Program-made: the position numbers and the translations under genes
Virus record (IMG/VR): IMGVR_UViG_3300021959_007005
Direction: 5' to 3' (one strand)
Source of the DNA: a virus
Taxonomy: Duplodnaviria > Caudoviricetes
Length of the DNA stretch: 64,000 nucleotides
The notes under the pieces: generated by a model
What the model was told of the DNA's origin: nothing
The model's database searches: none
What the model saw: only the letters and a program-made list of their open reading frames with translations
Part shown: piece by piece, positions 1 through 8,657 of the stretch
Layout: the number at the start of each line of letters is the position of its first letter
Position numbering within the stretch: the stretch's first letter is position 1

Positions 1-1
1 T

Positions 2-262
2 GTTGCTAACAACGGATACCCTAAACTTCATAAATGTCAGTTTAGTTGGTGGTGTGATGGTAAATCAGATATTCCAAAACCAGGCGATGCATGGATTGAA
101 GCACAAACAATTGCATTTAATTTATATAATTTCGCCAATTATAGAGGAATTACTGAAGGTTCAACACATTATCATGCTAATTATATTTCCAGTCCAGTAT
201 GGGTGAAAGAACTACAGCTAGTAGGTCGCATTGGTTCACACATATATTATAGGTGGGAATAG
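2..262 (+). CDS. SleB/Hydrolase_2 cell wall hydrolase, C-terminal part (truncated by window; not in ORF track)
   Basis: Frame +2 reads CQFSWWCDGKSD...GSTHYHANY...RIGSHIYY to TAG at 260-262; same motifs as the SleB at 41027. Confidence 0.85.
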   Translation, partial: VANNGYPKLHKCQFSWWCDGKSDIPKPGDAWIEAQTIAFNLYNFANYRGITEGSTHYHANYISSPVWVKELQLVGRIGSHIYYRWE

Positions 263-274
263 CTAAATACATAC

Positions 275-964
275 ATGAAAATAAATGAAATAGTATTATC
301 ACAGCTTGATGAGGGTCCACACGACCCTCATATTTTTAAAGCAATATTCCTTTCTGGTGGGCCAGGTAGCGGTAAAAGCTATGTGGCTCGACAAATCTTG
401 CAAGGCTATGGTCTTAAATTTGTAAACAGTGATGATATATATGAATACCTTGCTAACAAGAATGATTTGGACATGTCTGATCCGTCACAAATTATTAGTA
501 AACAAGGGCAAGAAATTAGAGGAAAAGCTAAAGATATAACCAACAATAAAAAAGGTAGTCATTTACGTGGCCGCTTAGGTATGGTGATTGACGGTACTGG
601 AAAAAATCTTAACACTGTTTCCAAACAAGTTATCGGTCTTAGAGCTATTGGATATGATTGTATGATGGTTATGGTTAATACAGATTTAGACGTGGCACAA
701 GGACGAAATGCAAAAAGAGCAAGACGTGTGCCAACAGAACTTGTAACTCAGATGTGGAATAAAGTCCAATCTAATTTAATGAAGTTTCAACAAGTATTTG
801 GTGCTAGTAATTTTCATATTGTTGATAACAGCGGTGGATTAGAAGATCCAGACCGAAAAGAAAATATTCTTAATGTAGAAAAAGCAGTTAGAAATTTTCT
901 TACAAAAAACCCCACACATAGAGCAGCAACTCAGTGGATTAACTCTCACAGAAAAAGTACTTAA
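275..964 (+). CDS. Zeta-toxin/AAA_33-like P-loop kinase
   Basis: Walker A GGPGSGKS, VNSDD, IDGTG; TAAATA at 264-269. Confidence 0.7.
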   Translation: MKINEIVLSQLDEGPHDPHIFKAIFLSGGPGSGKSYVARQILQGYGLKFVNSDDIYEYLANKNDLDMSDPSQIISKQGQEIRGKAKDITNNKKGSHLRGRLGMVIDGTGKNLNTVSKQVIGLRAIGYDCMMVMVNTDLDVAQGRNAKRARRVPTELVTQMWNKVQSNLMKFQQVFGASNFHIVDNSGGLEDPDRKENILNVEKAVRNFLTKNPTHRAATQWINSHRKST

Positions 965-990
965 CATCAGTGAGAAAAGGAATAACTGAA

Positions 991-1338
991 ATGCACACCT
1001 ATAAATGTCAAACAATAAGAGTGGTAGATGGAAATACTGTTGATGCTATCATTGATCTTGGATTTAATGTAACTATATCTCAGCGTATAAAGTTATATGG
1101 TGTTTATGTGGAAGATATTAAAAGCACTGACAGTGAAATTAAGAATATGGCAATTAAATCAAAAGAAAAATTGTCAGAAATATTAGGAAAAGAATTTGTA
1201 TGTGAAACTATTATGAATAAACGTGGCAGAGCAGGTAGAATTATGGGAAAAATTAATACTACTGATGCCAGTGGAAATAAGATAGATGTCAATGATATGC
1301 TAATTCAACAAGGCTTTGCAAAGCATTTTGGAGAATAG
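991..1338 (+). CDS. Thermonuclease (SNase)-like protein, degenerate active site
   Basis: RVVDGNTVDAIIDLGF resembles 21529 gene but lacks DGD and GIDTPE; start re-called at ATG 991. Confidence 0.6.
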   Translation: MHTYKCQTIRVVDGNTVDAIIDLGFNVTISQRIKLYGVYVEDIKSTDSEIKNMAIKSKEKLSEILGKEFVCETIMNKRGRAGRIMGKINTTDASGNKIDVNDMLIQQGFAKHFGE

Positions 1339-1341
1339 GAC

Positions 1342-3507
1342 ATGTTTTTAGGTATATTAACATTAATAATAGCACTAACTATTAGTGCAGTGGCTATCTA
1401 CTATAGTGTAGCAGGACTAGTTGCAATATTTGCCGCAGCCGCCCTACCAATTATAATTATGGGTGGTGCCCTTGAGATTGGTAAATTGGTAACAGCATTA
1501 TGGCTACATAAAAATTGGGCAAAAGCAAAATGGTGGCTTAAAGGTTATCTAAGTATTGCTGTATTTGTATTAATGTTTATCACAAGTATGGGAATTTTTG
1601 GATTCTTGTCTAAAGCACATATTGAACAAACTTCTGGTGCAGAAGAAGGGTTAGCACAAATTGAAAGAATCGATCAAGATGTACTGCGTCAAGAAGCTAT
1701 TATTGAACGAGCAGAAACTCGTATAATTAAAGCAGAAAATAATGCTGACAAACAAGATACAGGTATACAAGAAAAAATTGATAAAGAGCAAGAAAGAATT
1801 GATAGTGCTTATAATCGACGTGAACCTGCCATTGCAGAACAAAATGCAATAATTTTAGCACAAGCTACTGCATTAGAAGATCGTGTCACAGTATATGAAA
1901 ATGAAATTAAAGACTTAGGCGATGAATTAACAAGGTTAAATGAACTAGTTAATGAATATCGTACACAACTTGATAGTACAACTGTTGCAAGTGTAGAAGA
2001 ACAAATACAACCTTATCAAGATCAAATTGCACAACTAGATGTAGATTTAGAACGTATTAACACACAAGCAAATGAATATGAAGCTCGTATTAGTCAAGTA
2101 CAAGTGGATAATACCGCAATACAAAGTTTACAAGAACAAATTACAAATGTTGAAGAAGCAATTGTAGTAACTACAAATAAATTGCAAAGTACAGAACGAG
2201 ATCAAATTAAGGCCGGTCAGGCTGTTATTGGTGTAACTAGTGACGGACTATTTGGGGGCAATACTCGTCGAGCATTAGCAACTTGGGTAGAAGCACAACA
2301 AGAACGTATTGCACAACTACAAGCACAAGAGTCGGAATTAAGAACGCAAGCACAAAATACAGTTAATAATGAACGTGCAAGACTAACTGACCTTGTTAAA
2401 GACTTGCGTGGCACAAAAACTGAGCAAGCAAATAGTCGTAAGCAAGGCTTGCTCGACACCATTGCATCATTACGCAATGATGCGGCAAGTGGTTTACAAA
2501 CAACTCGTAATACCATTCAAGAAAAGATTGATTATATCCTTGCCACCGATATACCAGATGTTAGACAAGATAGAACAATTGCGCAAAATAAAATAACAGA
2601 ATTAAGAAATGCACCTAATGTTATTGTTGAATCAGCTCGAGAAGAAATTACTAGACAACGTAATAGTGCTGATAGTGAAATAGCCGCTGCACAAAGTATT
2701 ATTAACAAGTTACGTAATGAAATACAAATTGGTGATAATGTGGACTTAGACGATATTATCCGCCAACAAAATACAATCATACGTGATGCCAATGATGCAA
2801 CTGACATATTAATTGAACAAAAATATGAATTACAAGCAGAGTATAGAAAACTTGAGGCAGAAGTAGGGCCGATTAAATATCTAGCAGAGTTTGTTTATGG
2901 TGATGTAGCAGATCAAGACATCCTTGAACAAGCCGTACGATGGGTTATTTTAGTCATTATATTTGTATTTGATCCACTAGCGGTATTATTATTAATAGCA
3001 AGCCAATATACATTTGAATGGCGTAGACAAGAAAAGGTAACACACAATGTACACACAGATGATAGACCTATACCTCCAGAACCTAAAAACGATGGACCGG
3101 ATAATGGGGACAAACTACCAGAAGATATGCAAGATGATGATATGGGACATAATGAACGAGATAGAGAAACCGTTGATGAGGAAAGTTTATCAGGACGGAG
3201 CAAATTGGAATCTGCACAAGAACAAGTTCTTAACAGTGGAGAAGCCAAGGAGCAAACTGATACCGAACAGGACACCGGAGGAAGTTCTGGAGAGATACCA
3301 GAGCAAGAAGCGACCGATTTAATAGTTGACAAGAAAGCATATAACCCGTATACTGATGATAGACCTGACGAAGAATTAACAAAAATTCAATTATCAGCTA
3401 GACATGATATGAAACTATATAGCCCTAGTGGGGTGTTAGTTTCTAATAGAGGCAAGGCTATTAAAAAAGTAACCATTAAATCGAAAGAGGACAAGAACAC
3501 CCAATGA
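1342..3507 (+). CDS. Membrane-anchored long coiled-coil protein with internal PG-binding-like motif
   Basis: N-terminal TM helices, long Q/E-rich heptads, GVTSDGLFGGNTRRAL, late TM IFVFDPLAVLLLIA, acidic tail. Confidence 0.7.
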   Translation: MFLGILTLIIALTISAVAIYYSVAGLVAIFAAAALPIIIMGGALEIGKLVTALWLHKNWAKAKWWLKGYLSIAVFVLMFITSMGIFGFLSKAHIEQTSGAEEGLAQIERIDQDVLRQEAIIERAETRIIKAENNADKQDTGIQEKIDKEQERIDSAYNRREPAIAEQNAIILAQATALEDRVTVYENEIKDLGDELTRLNELVNEYRTQLDSTTVASVEEQIQPYQDQIAQLDVDLERINTQANEYEARISQVQVDNTAIQSLQEQITNVEEAIVVTTNKLQSTERDQIKAGQAVIGVTSDGLFGGNTRRALATWVEAQQERIAQLQAQESELRTQAQNTVNNERARLTDLVKDLRGTKTEQANSRKQGLLDTIASLRNDAASGLQTTRNTIQEKIDYILATDIPDVRQDRTIAQNKITELRNAPNVIVESAREEITRQRNSADSEIAAAQSIINKLRNEIQIGDNVDLDDIIRQQNTIIRDANDATDILIEQKYELQAEYRKLEAEVGPIKYLAEFVYGDVADQDILEQAVRWVILVIIFVFDPLAVLLLIASQYTFEWRRQEKVTHNVHTDDRPIPPEPKNDGPDNGDKLPEDMQDDDMGHNERDRETVDEESLSGRSKLESAQEQVLNSGEAKEQTDTEQDTGGSSGEIPEQEATDLIVDKKAYNPYTDDRPDEELTKIQLSARHDMKLYSPSGVLVSNRGKAIKKVTIKSKEDKNTQ

Positions 3508-3932
3508 GGGAAAATCCAATCTACACAGTAACTCCACCAGATATGATGCTACCTGATCGTGGACCGATTATTACATTATTAACCACAGAACAATCATTTG
3601 TTGATCAAGTAGAAACACTTTATGAGAACTTATTTAAAAGTGTTCCAATTACATTGTATCACCCTGGCGGCATTGTAAATGATTCAAACAGTGGGTGGCT
3701 AATGTCAATGGCTCGTTTTAGTGATACACTATACATTGATCTTGATAGTATAAATGAATTAGGTATAGTAGTAAGTTTAATGGCTAATACTAATAAAGTG
3801 TTTATTACTAAAACCAATAAGCGTAAAAGTATTGTAAAATTACTTAATACCAAACAGAGCTCTAAGTGTGCTGTTTTTGAAGACTTAAATGAATATGCAG
3901 AAATGATGCTGGATTCGATGCACTATGAATAG
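3504..3932 (+). CDS. Hypothetical protein
   Basis: 142-aa ORF overlapping both neighbours. Confidence 0.6.
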   Translation: MRENPIYTVTPPDMMLPDRGPIITLLTTEQSFVDQVETLYENLFKSVPITLYHPGGIVNDSNSGWLMSMARFSDTLYIDLDSINELGIVVSLMANTNKVFITKTNKRKSIVKLLNTKQSSKCAVFEDLNEYAEMMLDSMHYE

Positions 3933-4464
3933 ATCAGCATTTAAACAAGAAAATAAGACGGCACCCATTAACAATTATATACGTCAATCTAAGTTGAGAT
4001 TAATTGATCAAAATGGAATACAACATGGGATAATTGATAAGCATCGAGCATTACAAATGGCTGATGCAATTAATTTAGATTTAGTACTTATTAATGAAAA
4101 AGCAGATCCTCCTATTGCAAAATTGTTAGATGCGGGTAAATACTTTTACGAGCAAAAACGCAAAGAAAAAGACCTACAACGTAAGCAGCGTGAAAGCACA
4201 ACTGTAATTAAAGAAATGCAATTTAAATTAGGTATTGGAGATAATGATTTCAATACAAAATTAAGACATATTGAAAAATTTCTTAGTAAAGATTGTAAAG
4301 TTAAATGTGTTATCAAGTATCGTGGAAGAGAAAACGCTAATAAACAAATAGGATTTGAAATAATGGAACGCATTATTGAAAACACTACATCAACTGAATG
4401 GGACATTAAGCCTAGTTTAAATGGTAATAGACTAATAGGCATATTAAAAACGAGGAAAGAATGA
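3925..4464 (+). CDS. infC: Translation initiation factor IF-3
   Basis: INNYIR..LRLID, DLVLINEKADPPIAKLLDAGKYFYE, KEMQFKLGIGDNDFNTK, KYRGRE. Confidence 0.9.
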   Translation: MNRSAFKQENKTAPINNYIRQSKLRLIDQNGIQHGIIDKHRALQMADAINLDLVLINEKADPPIAKLLDAGKYFYEQKRKEKDLQRKQRESTTVIKEMQFKLGIGDNDFNTKLRHIEKFLSKDCKVKCVIKYRGRENANKQIGFEIMERIIENTTSTEWDIKPSLNGNRLIGILKTRKE

Positions 4465-4691
4465 GAGAACCTAAAAGAGAATATCAAAAACGTGGGCTTT
4501 ATGTTGAAGTTAGGAATAACGATGTAACTCGTGCTTTACGCAAGTTAAAAAAATTAGTGAATACTGAAGGGTTAGTTAAAGAACTTCGAGACAAAGAATA
4601 TTACGAAAAGCCTAGCTTAAAGAAAAAGAAAGCTAAAGCAGCCGCCAGAAAACGACACCTTAAAGAATTAGAAAAGAAAAAAGAAAAATAA
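4461..4691 (+). CDS. rpsU: 30S ribosomal protein bS21
   Basis: VEVRNNDVTRALRKLKK...KEYYEKPSLKKKK. Confidence 0.85.
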   Translation: MREPKREYQKRGLYVEVRNNDVTRALRKLKKLVNTEGLVKELRDKEYYEKPSLKKKKAKAAARKRHLKELEKKKEK

Positions 4692-4694
4692 CTC

Positions 4695-4723
4695 TTGACT
4701 TTGCAAGTGAAACGTACTATATT
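4695..4723 (+). promoter_or_regulatory. Sigma70-like promoter upstream of orphan RNA
   Basis: TTGACT-N17-TATATT. Confidence 0.6.
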
Positions 4724-4729
4724 ATATAC

Positions 4730-5062
4730 ATAGCTTGGGAGATATCCCAGAGTTAGATAGTGCAAGGAAATGTTGTTTTGTAAGGACAATAACTTGGCTA
4801 GTAGCCGTAGTGGCAGCGTATGAGCATGGAGACATGAAGATACGTATTTCGAACGTAACTGTTTGATACTAGGCGCAACTGAAGGTATGAAATACTTACT
4901 AGGTTGTTGGAGGTAGACTGCAATCCTCCCTATCACTTTATATCCTAACTGTAACAAGAAAGGATCCCACTAGATAAGAATTATAGTGTCACTACAAGAA
5001 AAACAACGTAGTAGGGGTTGCGCCATAATACGCACGTTAGGGACCACGGTTAGTCCCTAAAT
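4730..5062 (+). ncRNA. Unassigned structured ncRNA (~330 nt)
   Basis: No credible ORF; nested long-range pairs GGCGCAAC/GTTGCGCC and GCGTAT/ATACGC, several hairpins, terminal TTAGGGAC/GTCCCTAA stem. Confidence 0.55.
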
Positions 5063-5076
5063 TACTAAATAAACAT

Positions 5077-5126
5077 GTAGATGCCAATAGGGTCTACTTT
5101 TACCAATCTTGCTTTAAAAGGAGATT
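5077..5126 (+). promoter_or_regulatory. ROSE-like RNA thermometer leader
   Basis: Two hairpins; the second pairs UCUUGCUU (bulged G) with the AAGGAGA Shine-Dalgarno. Confidence 0.5.
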
Positions 5127-5129
5127 ATT

Positions 5130-5327
5130 ATGAAAGCAAATTATATCAACGGACTAGTGGACCAAATCCACACACAAACAAAAACTTTCCTCAACACAAT
5201 TGATCCAAGTGAACAGTACACAACGCCTCTACGGGCAATGGCTGACGCAAACACAGAGTTTGCTAAATCTTGGGCAACTGCAACAGAATCAATGACCACT
5301 GCTTATACAGCGGCATTGAAAGTGTAA
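5130..5327 (+). CDS. Small helical protein (phasin-like, tentative)
   Basis: 65 aa, strong AGGAG RBS, Ala/Thr-rich amphipathic helix. Confidence 0.6.
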   Translation: MKANYINGLVDQIHTQTKTFLNTIDPSEQYTTPLRAMADANTEFAKSWATATESMTTAYTAALKV

Positions 5328-5338
5328 GGGGGATGGAT

Positions 5339-5773
5339 ATGAATAGATTAACAACATTAGACATCAATAAACTTACTCCATATGCTGTTGGCTTTGATAG
5401 AGTATTTGACGATATGTTCAAATATGCAAATCATAACCAAAATAGTACAGGGGGATATCCACCTTACAACATTGTACGTGATGGTGAGAAGTTTCAAATT
5501 GAAATTGCACTAGCTGGTATTGCCAAAGAAGATTTGGATATTACAGTAGCAGAGGGTGTACTTACAGTTGAACACACACCGGAAGGCGAAGTAGAGTCTA
5601 GCGGATGGGAATGGTTACACAAAGGCATCAGCCAGCGTCATTTCAAACGCAACTTTACACTTAGCGACGACATTGTAGTAAATGGATCTAGAATGGAAAA
5701 TGGTATGCTATTCATCGAACTAGAGCGTATTATTCCAGAAGAGAAGAAACCACGCACTATTCAAATTAAATAA
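5339..5773 (+). CDS. ibpA: Small heat-shock protein Hsp20 (IbpA-like)
   Basis: GFDRVFD, YPPYNI, EIALAG, GISQRHFKRNFTL, NGMLFIELERIIPEEKKPRTIQI; start re-called. Confidence 0.95.
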   Translation: MNRLTTLDINKLTPYAVGFDRVFDDMFKYANHNQNSTGGYPPYNIVRDGEKFQIEIALAGIAKEDLDITVAEGVLTVEHTPEGEVESSGWEWLHKGISQRHFKRNFTLSDDIVVNGSRMENGMLFIELERIIPEEKKPRTIQIK

Positions 5774-5779
5774 GTAATA

Positions 5780-5803
5780 CTTGGGGAGGAATTCCTCCCC
5801 AAG
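5780..5803. other. Perfect 24-bp palindrome between hsp20 and clpS (hairpin; stabiliser or terminator)
   Basis: CTTGGGGAGGAATTCCTCCCCAAG; no clear U-tract. Confidence 0.6.
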
Positions 5804-5821
5804 AACTTTATAGGTAAATGT

Positions 5822-6121
5822 ATGAGCACTCAAGAAAATCTACAACAGAAAGAAAAGATAAACCTAGCAACCCCAAAAAAATACAAAGTTATAGTACATA
5901 ATGATGATGCTACTCCAATGGAGTTCGTTATCGAATTATTAGTAAACACATTTCAACACACAAGAGAAAGTGCAGAAAAAATTACATTATCTATACATGT
6001 AGAAGGTTCTGGTATAGCTGGTGTGTATTTTTATGAAATTGCTGAACAAAAAGTAGCAGAAGGTATTCTTGCAAGTAGATCCTTGGGATATCCATTAGTT
6101 CTTGAGATTGAAGAAACTTAG
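5822..6121 (+). CDS. clpS: ClpS adaptor
   Basis: [23 protein letters not shown]...[10 protein letters not shown]...YPL. Confidence 0.9.
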   Translation: MSTQENLQQKEKINLATPKKYKVIVHNDDATPMEFVIELLVNTFQHTRESAEKITLSIHVEGSGIAGVYFYEIAEQKVAEGILASRSLGYPLVLEIEET

Positions 6122-6132
6122 AAAGGAATTTT

Positions 6133-7266
6133 ATGCGAATCGATCCAGAAATTCGTCTTGACTATAAAGATGTTCTTATACGTCCAAAACGTAGTACACT
6201 ACAAAGCAGACGCCAAGTAAAACTAGAGCGTAAGTTTGAATTTAGAAATTATATTCCAGATCCGATGAGTATAGAGTTTATTAAGGGTAGACCATCTTAT
6301 GAGGGTATTCCTATTATGGCTGCTAACATGGATGGTGTTGGTACTATGCATATGGCCGATAAACTTACTGAACAAAAAATCTTTACCTGCCTAGTAAAGA
6401 CATACAGTGCAGAACAACTTTCAAAATTCTTTAACAGTGATTATCCAGACAGCAGACGTCGAGAAAATGTTGCTATGAGTATTGGTACAAGCGATGCTGA
6501 CTTTTTAAAATTAGTTGAAGTTCAAGCACAAGTTGGTAGCAACTTAAAATATGTATGTATGGATATTGCAAATGGTTATAGTGACCATTTTGCAGCAAGA
6601 GTACGTAAAGTACGTGACCAGTTTCCAAGACTGGTAATTATAGCAGGTAATGTAGTAACCGGAGAAATGACAGAGGAGTTAATTTTAAGTGGAGCAGATA
6701 TTATTAAAGTGGGCATTGGTCCCGGCTCTGTTTGCACTACTAGGATACAAACTGGTGTTGGATATCCGCAGTTATCTGCGGTTATCGAGTGTGCAGATGC
6801 CGCCCATGGACTTGGGGGTCACATTATTGCTGACGGTGGGTGTACTTGCCCTGGCGATGTCGCTAAGGCCTTTGCAGGTGGAGCAGATTTTGTTATGCTC
6901 GGTGGTATGCTTGCTGGCCATGATGAAGGCGGCGGCGAAGTAATTGAAAAATTTTATGAAACTAACCAGTTAGAAGATTTACATGGCAAACGTGTAATCG
7001 AAAGAAAACAGTTTGTACAATTCTACGGTATGAGTAGTGATGCGGCTAACACAAAACATTTTGGTGGACTTAAAGACTATCGTTCATCAGAAGGGCGTGA
7101 AGTACTTGTTCCTTATAGAGGGAATGTAGAAGCCACAATACAAGATTTACTTGGTGGTATTCGTAGTACATGTACATATGCTGGTGCCATGAAGTTAAAA
7201 CAACTTAGTAAGTGTACCACGTTTATTAGATGCACTCAACAATTTAATGCAATTTATGCAAAATAA
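6133..7266 (+). CDS. guaC: GMP reductase
   Basis: [57 protein letters not shown]. Confidence 0.95.
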   Translation: MRIDPEIRLDYKDVLIRPKRSTLQSRRQVKLERKFEFRNYIPDPMSIEFIKGRPSYEGIPIMAANMDGVGTMHMADKLTEQKIFTCLVKTYSAEQLSKFFNSDYPDSRRRENVAMSIGTSDADFLKLVEVQAQVGSNLKYVCMDIANGYSDHFAARVRKVRDQFPRLVIIAGNVVTGEMTEELILSGADIIKVGIGPGSVCTTRIQTGVGYPQLSAVIECADAAHGLGGHIIADGGCTCPGDVAKAFAGGADFVMLGGMLAGHDEGGGEVIEKFYETNQLEDLHGKRVIERKQFVQFYGMSSDAANTKHFGGLKDYRSSEGREVLVPYRGNVEATIQDLLGGIRSTCTYAGAMKLKQLSKCTTFIRCTQQFNAIYAK

Positions 7267-7374
7267 CTGTTGACTATGATCTTTTAATACGCTACAACAG
7301 TCGTATAGCAACTATGCTAGAGCAGAGGTGTAACACACAGGCTTAAAATAGTATCACAACCCAGAGACGGCGTT

Positions 7375-7404
7375 AAGGGAGGACATTTTGTTCTCCCTTT
7401 TCTT
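7375..7404 (+). terminator. Intrinsic terminator
   Basis: AAGGGAGGAC-ATTTT-GTTCTCCCTT followed by TTCTT. Confidence 0.7.
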
Positions 7405-7513
7405 ATGTGCAGATACGCACAGTTGCACAAAACGCATATCGTCTTTGCGCATACAGCACTAGTAAACCATGGTTTTTAGTGTTATATTAAAATAAATAAA
7501 AGTACAACAACAA

Positions 7514-7612
7514 GCGTCCTCAGCTTGCAAAAAATGAGGGGCAGGCGCAGACTGCCATATCAAGCGAATGACGCCAGGAAAAGACCTGGGGTATTGCTTT
7601 CCTCAAGCATCC
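7514..7612 (+). promoter_or_regulatory. Structured 5' leader of small-protein operon
   Basis: GCGTC/GACGC closing CTCA/TGAG and GGCAG/CTGCC; then CAGG/CCTG and TGCTT-TCCTC-AAGCA hairpins. Confidence 0.45.
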
Positions 7613-7637
7613 ACAAAACTGAATATGGAGATTCAAA

Positions 7638-7808
7638 ATGGTTAATATACTATACAATAACCTTGCGAGCTTGTTTGCGAGGAAAAATAAGCACTCTGAT
7701 GATATGCGACTATACGCAAAAACAGAATACAAAAGTGATTGGCAGTTTGCTTATCACTATATGATGACACACAACGGCGCTGGGCCACGAATGGGAGTAC
7801 ACAACTAA
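7638..7808 (+). CDS. 56-aa protein (not in ORF track)
   Basis: GGAGA RBS; MVNILYNNLASLFARK...GVHN; TAATG overlap with next gene. Confidence 0.6.
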   Translation: MVNILYNNLASLFARKNKHSDDMRLYAKTEYKSDWQFAYHYMMTHNGAGPRMGVHN

Positions 7809-8068
7809 TGACACAAGCAATTTTAACAGCATCAACTATCTTAACAGACGCAGTACAAGGACTAATGGACCTTATACATGACATGAAAATTAAATCACAA
7901 AAACGTGCATTGGTACGTAAAACAAAAATTGAACTGTCAAGACTTTCAGACTATGAGTTAAAAGACTTGGGCATTGGTCGCAGTGATATTACTTCAATTG
8001 CTAATGGAACCTTTCACGATAACAGAAGTGTTGTAGAAGCAAACCGCAACTTGAGAGGTTGGGTATAA
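7808..8068 (+). CDS. DUF1127 (YjiS-like) protein
   Basis: RKTKIELSRLSDYELKDLGIGRSDI; start re-called. Confidence 0.8.
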   Translation: MTQAILTASTILTDAVQGLMDLIHDMKIKSQKRALVRKTKIELSRLSDYELKDLGIGRSDITSIANGTFHDNRSVVEANRNLRGWV

Positions 8069-8262
8069 TGGAAGCAGTAGGAAACACACCAGTAGAAACA
8101 CCAACATTTATCAAAACACTCAACAAGTACGCCGTTGCATTTGCTATGGGCGTATGGGCATTTGGTGAATCAGCAGGTAGAGCCAGGGCTGCCGCTGAAC
8201 TACATCGTCAAGGCTACTACAAAGAAGCCAAAGCACTTATGCTTGGAGATAAAGATGTTTAA
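8068..8262 (+). CDS. Small hypothetical protein
   Basis: Translationally coupled (TAATG); GRARAAAELHRQGY. Confidence 0.6.
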   Translation: MEAVGNTPVETPTFIKTLNKYAVAFAMGVWAFGESAGRARAAAELHRQGYYKEAKALMLGDKDV

Positions 8263-8389
8263 GAGATTTTTGAAAGCAATGGAATATCGTTCATACTGCA
8301 TGGCAATTCGTGAATTGCGCAACAAAGGTATGTTTAAAGAAGCTAATAAGATTTCTGAGTACAAGCATACCATGTACCCAACACACTAA
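8255..8389 (+). CDS. 44-aa hypothetical protein
   Basis: MFKRFLKAMEYRSY..AIRELRNKG; overlaps previous gene. Confidence 0.5.
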   Translation: MFKRFLKAMEYRSYCMAIRELRNKGMFKEANKISEYKHTMYPTH

Positions 8390-8479
8390 GACTGCTACGT
8401 TTTAGCGCACTAAAAAATACAATAGCAGGCTTGATTTTTGTTCAAAGCCTGCTATATACATTATATGGAGGCACTAATA

Positions 8480-8641
8480 ATGAGCGAACAAACTAACTAT
8501 TGTACTACAAAAGGATTAGGATTAGCTTTCTTGATTATTATTATCGGGATGGTAGGTATGCCTATTCTTGGATCGGCGATTGCTTATCCAGACAACTGTA
8601 AACAAAGTATACTAATTCCTTGCTTAGGATTAGGCGAATAA
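8480..8641 (+). CDS. Small single-TM protein
   Basis: GGAGG RBS; one hydrophobic span and three Cys. Confidence 0.55.
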   Translation: MSEQTNYCTTKGLGLAFLIIIIGMVGMPILGSAIAYPDNCKQSILIPCLGLGE

Positions 8642-8657
8642 ATTTTAAGGATAGAAA

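Noticed and set aside
3-206. 67-aa ORF in the supplied track
   Set aside because: The real frame is +2, the C-terminus of a SleB hydrolase (2-262).
275-964. Zeta toxin as part of a toxin-antitoxin system
   Set aside because: No adjacent epsilon-like gene; it looks like the solitary kinase-like family of T4-type marine phages.
4601-4957. 118-aa minus-strand ORF over the orphan RNA
   Set aside because: No RBS, antisense to rpsU, and not protein-like.
4730-5062. Assignment as RNase P RNA or a group I/II intron
   Set aside because: Fragments resemble them (AGTGCAAGGAAA, AGACTG/TAGTC, AGCCGT/ACGGTT), but GAGGAAAGTCC, the ordered P/Q/R/S elements and any interrupted gene are missing. Left unassigned.
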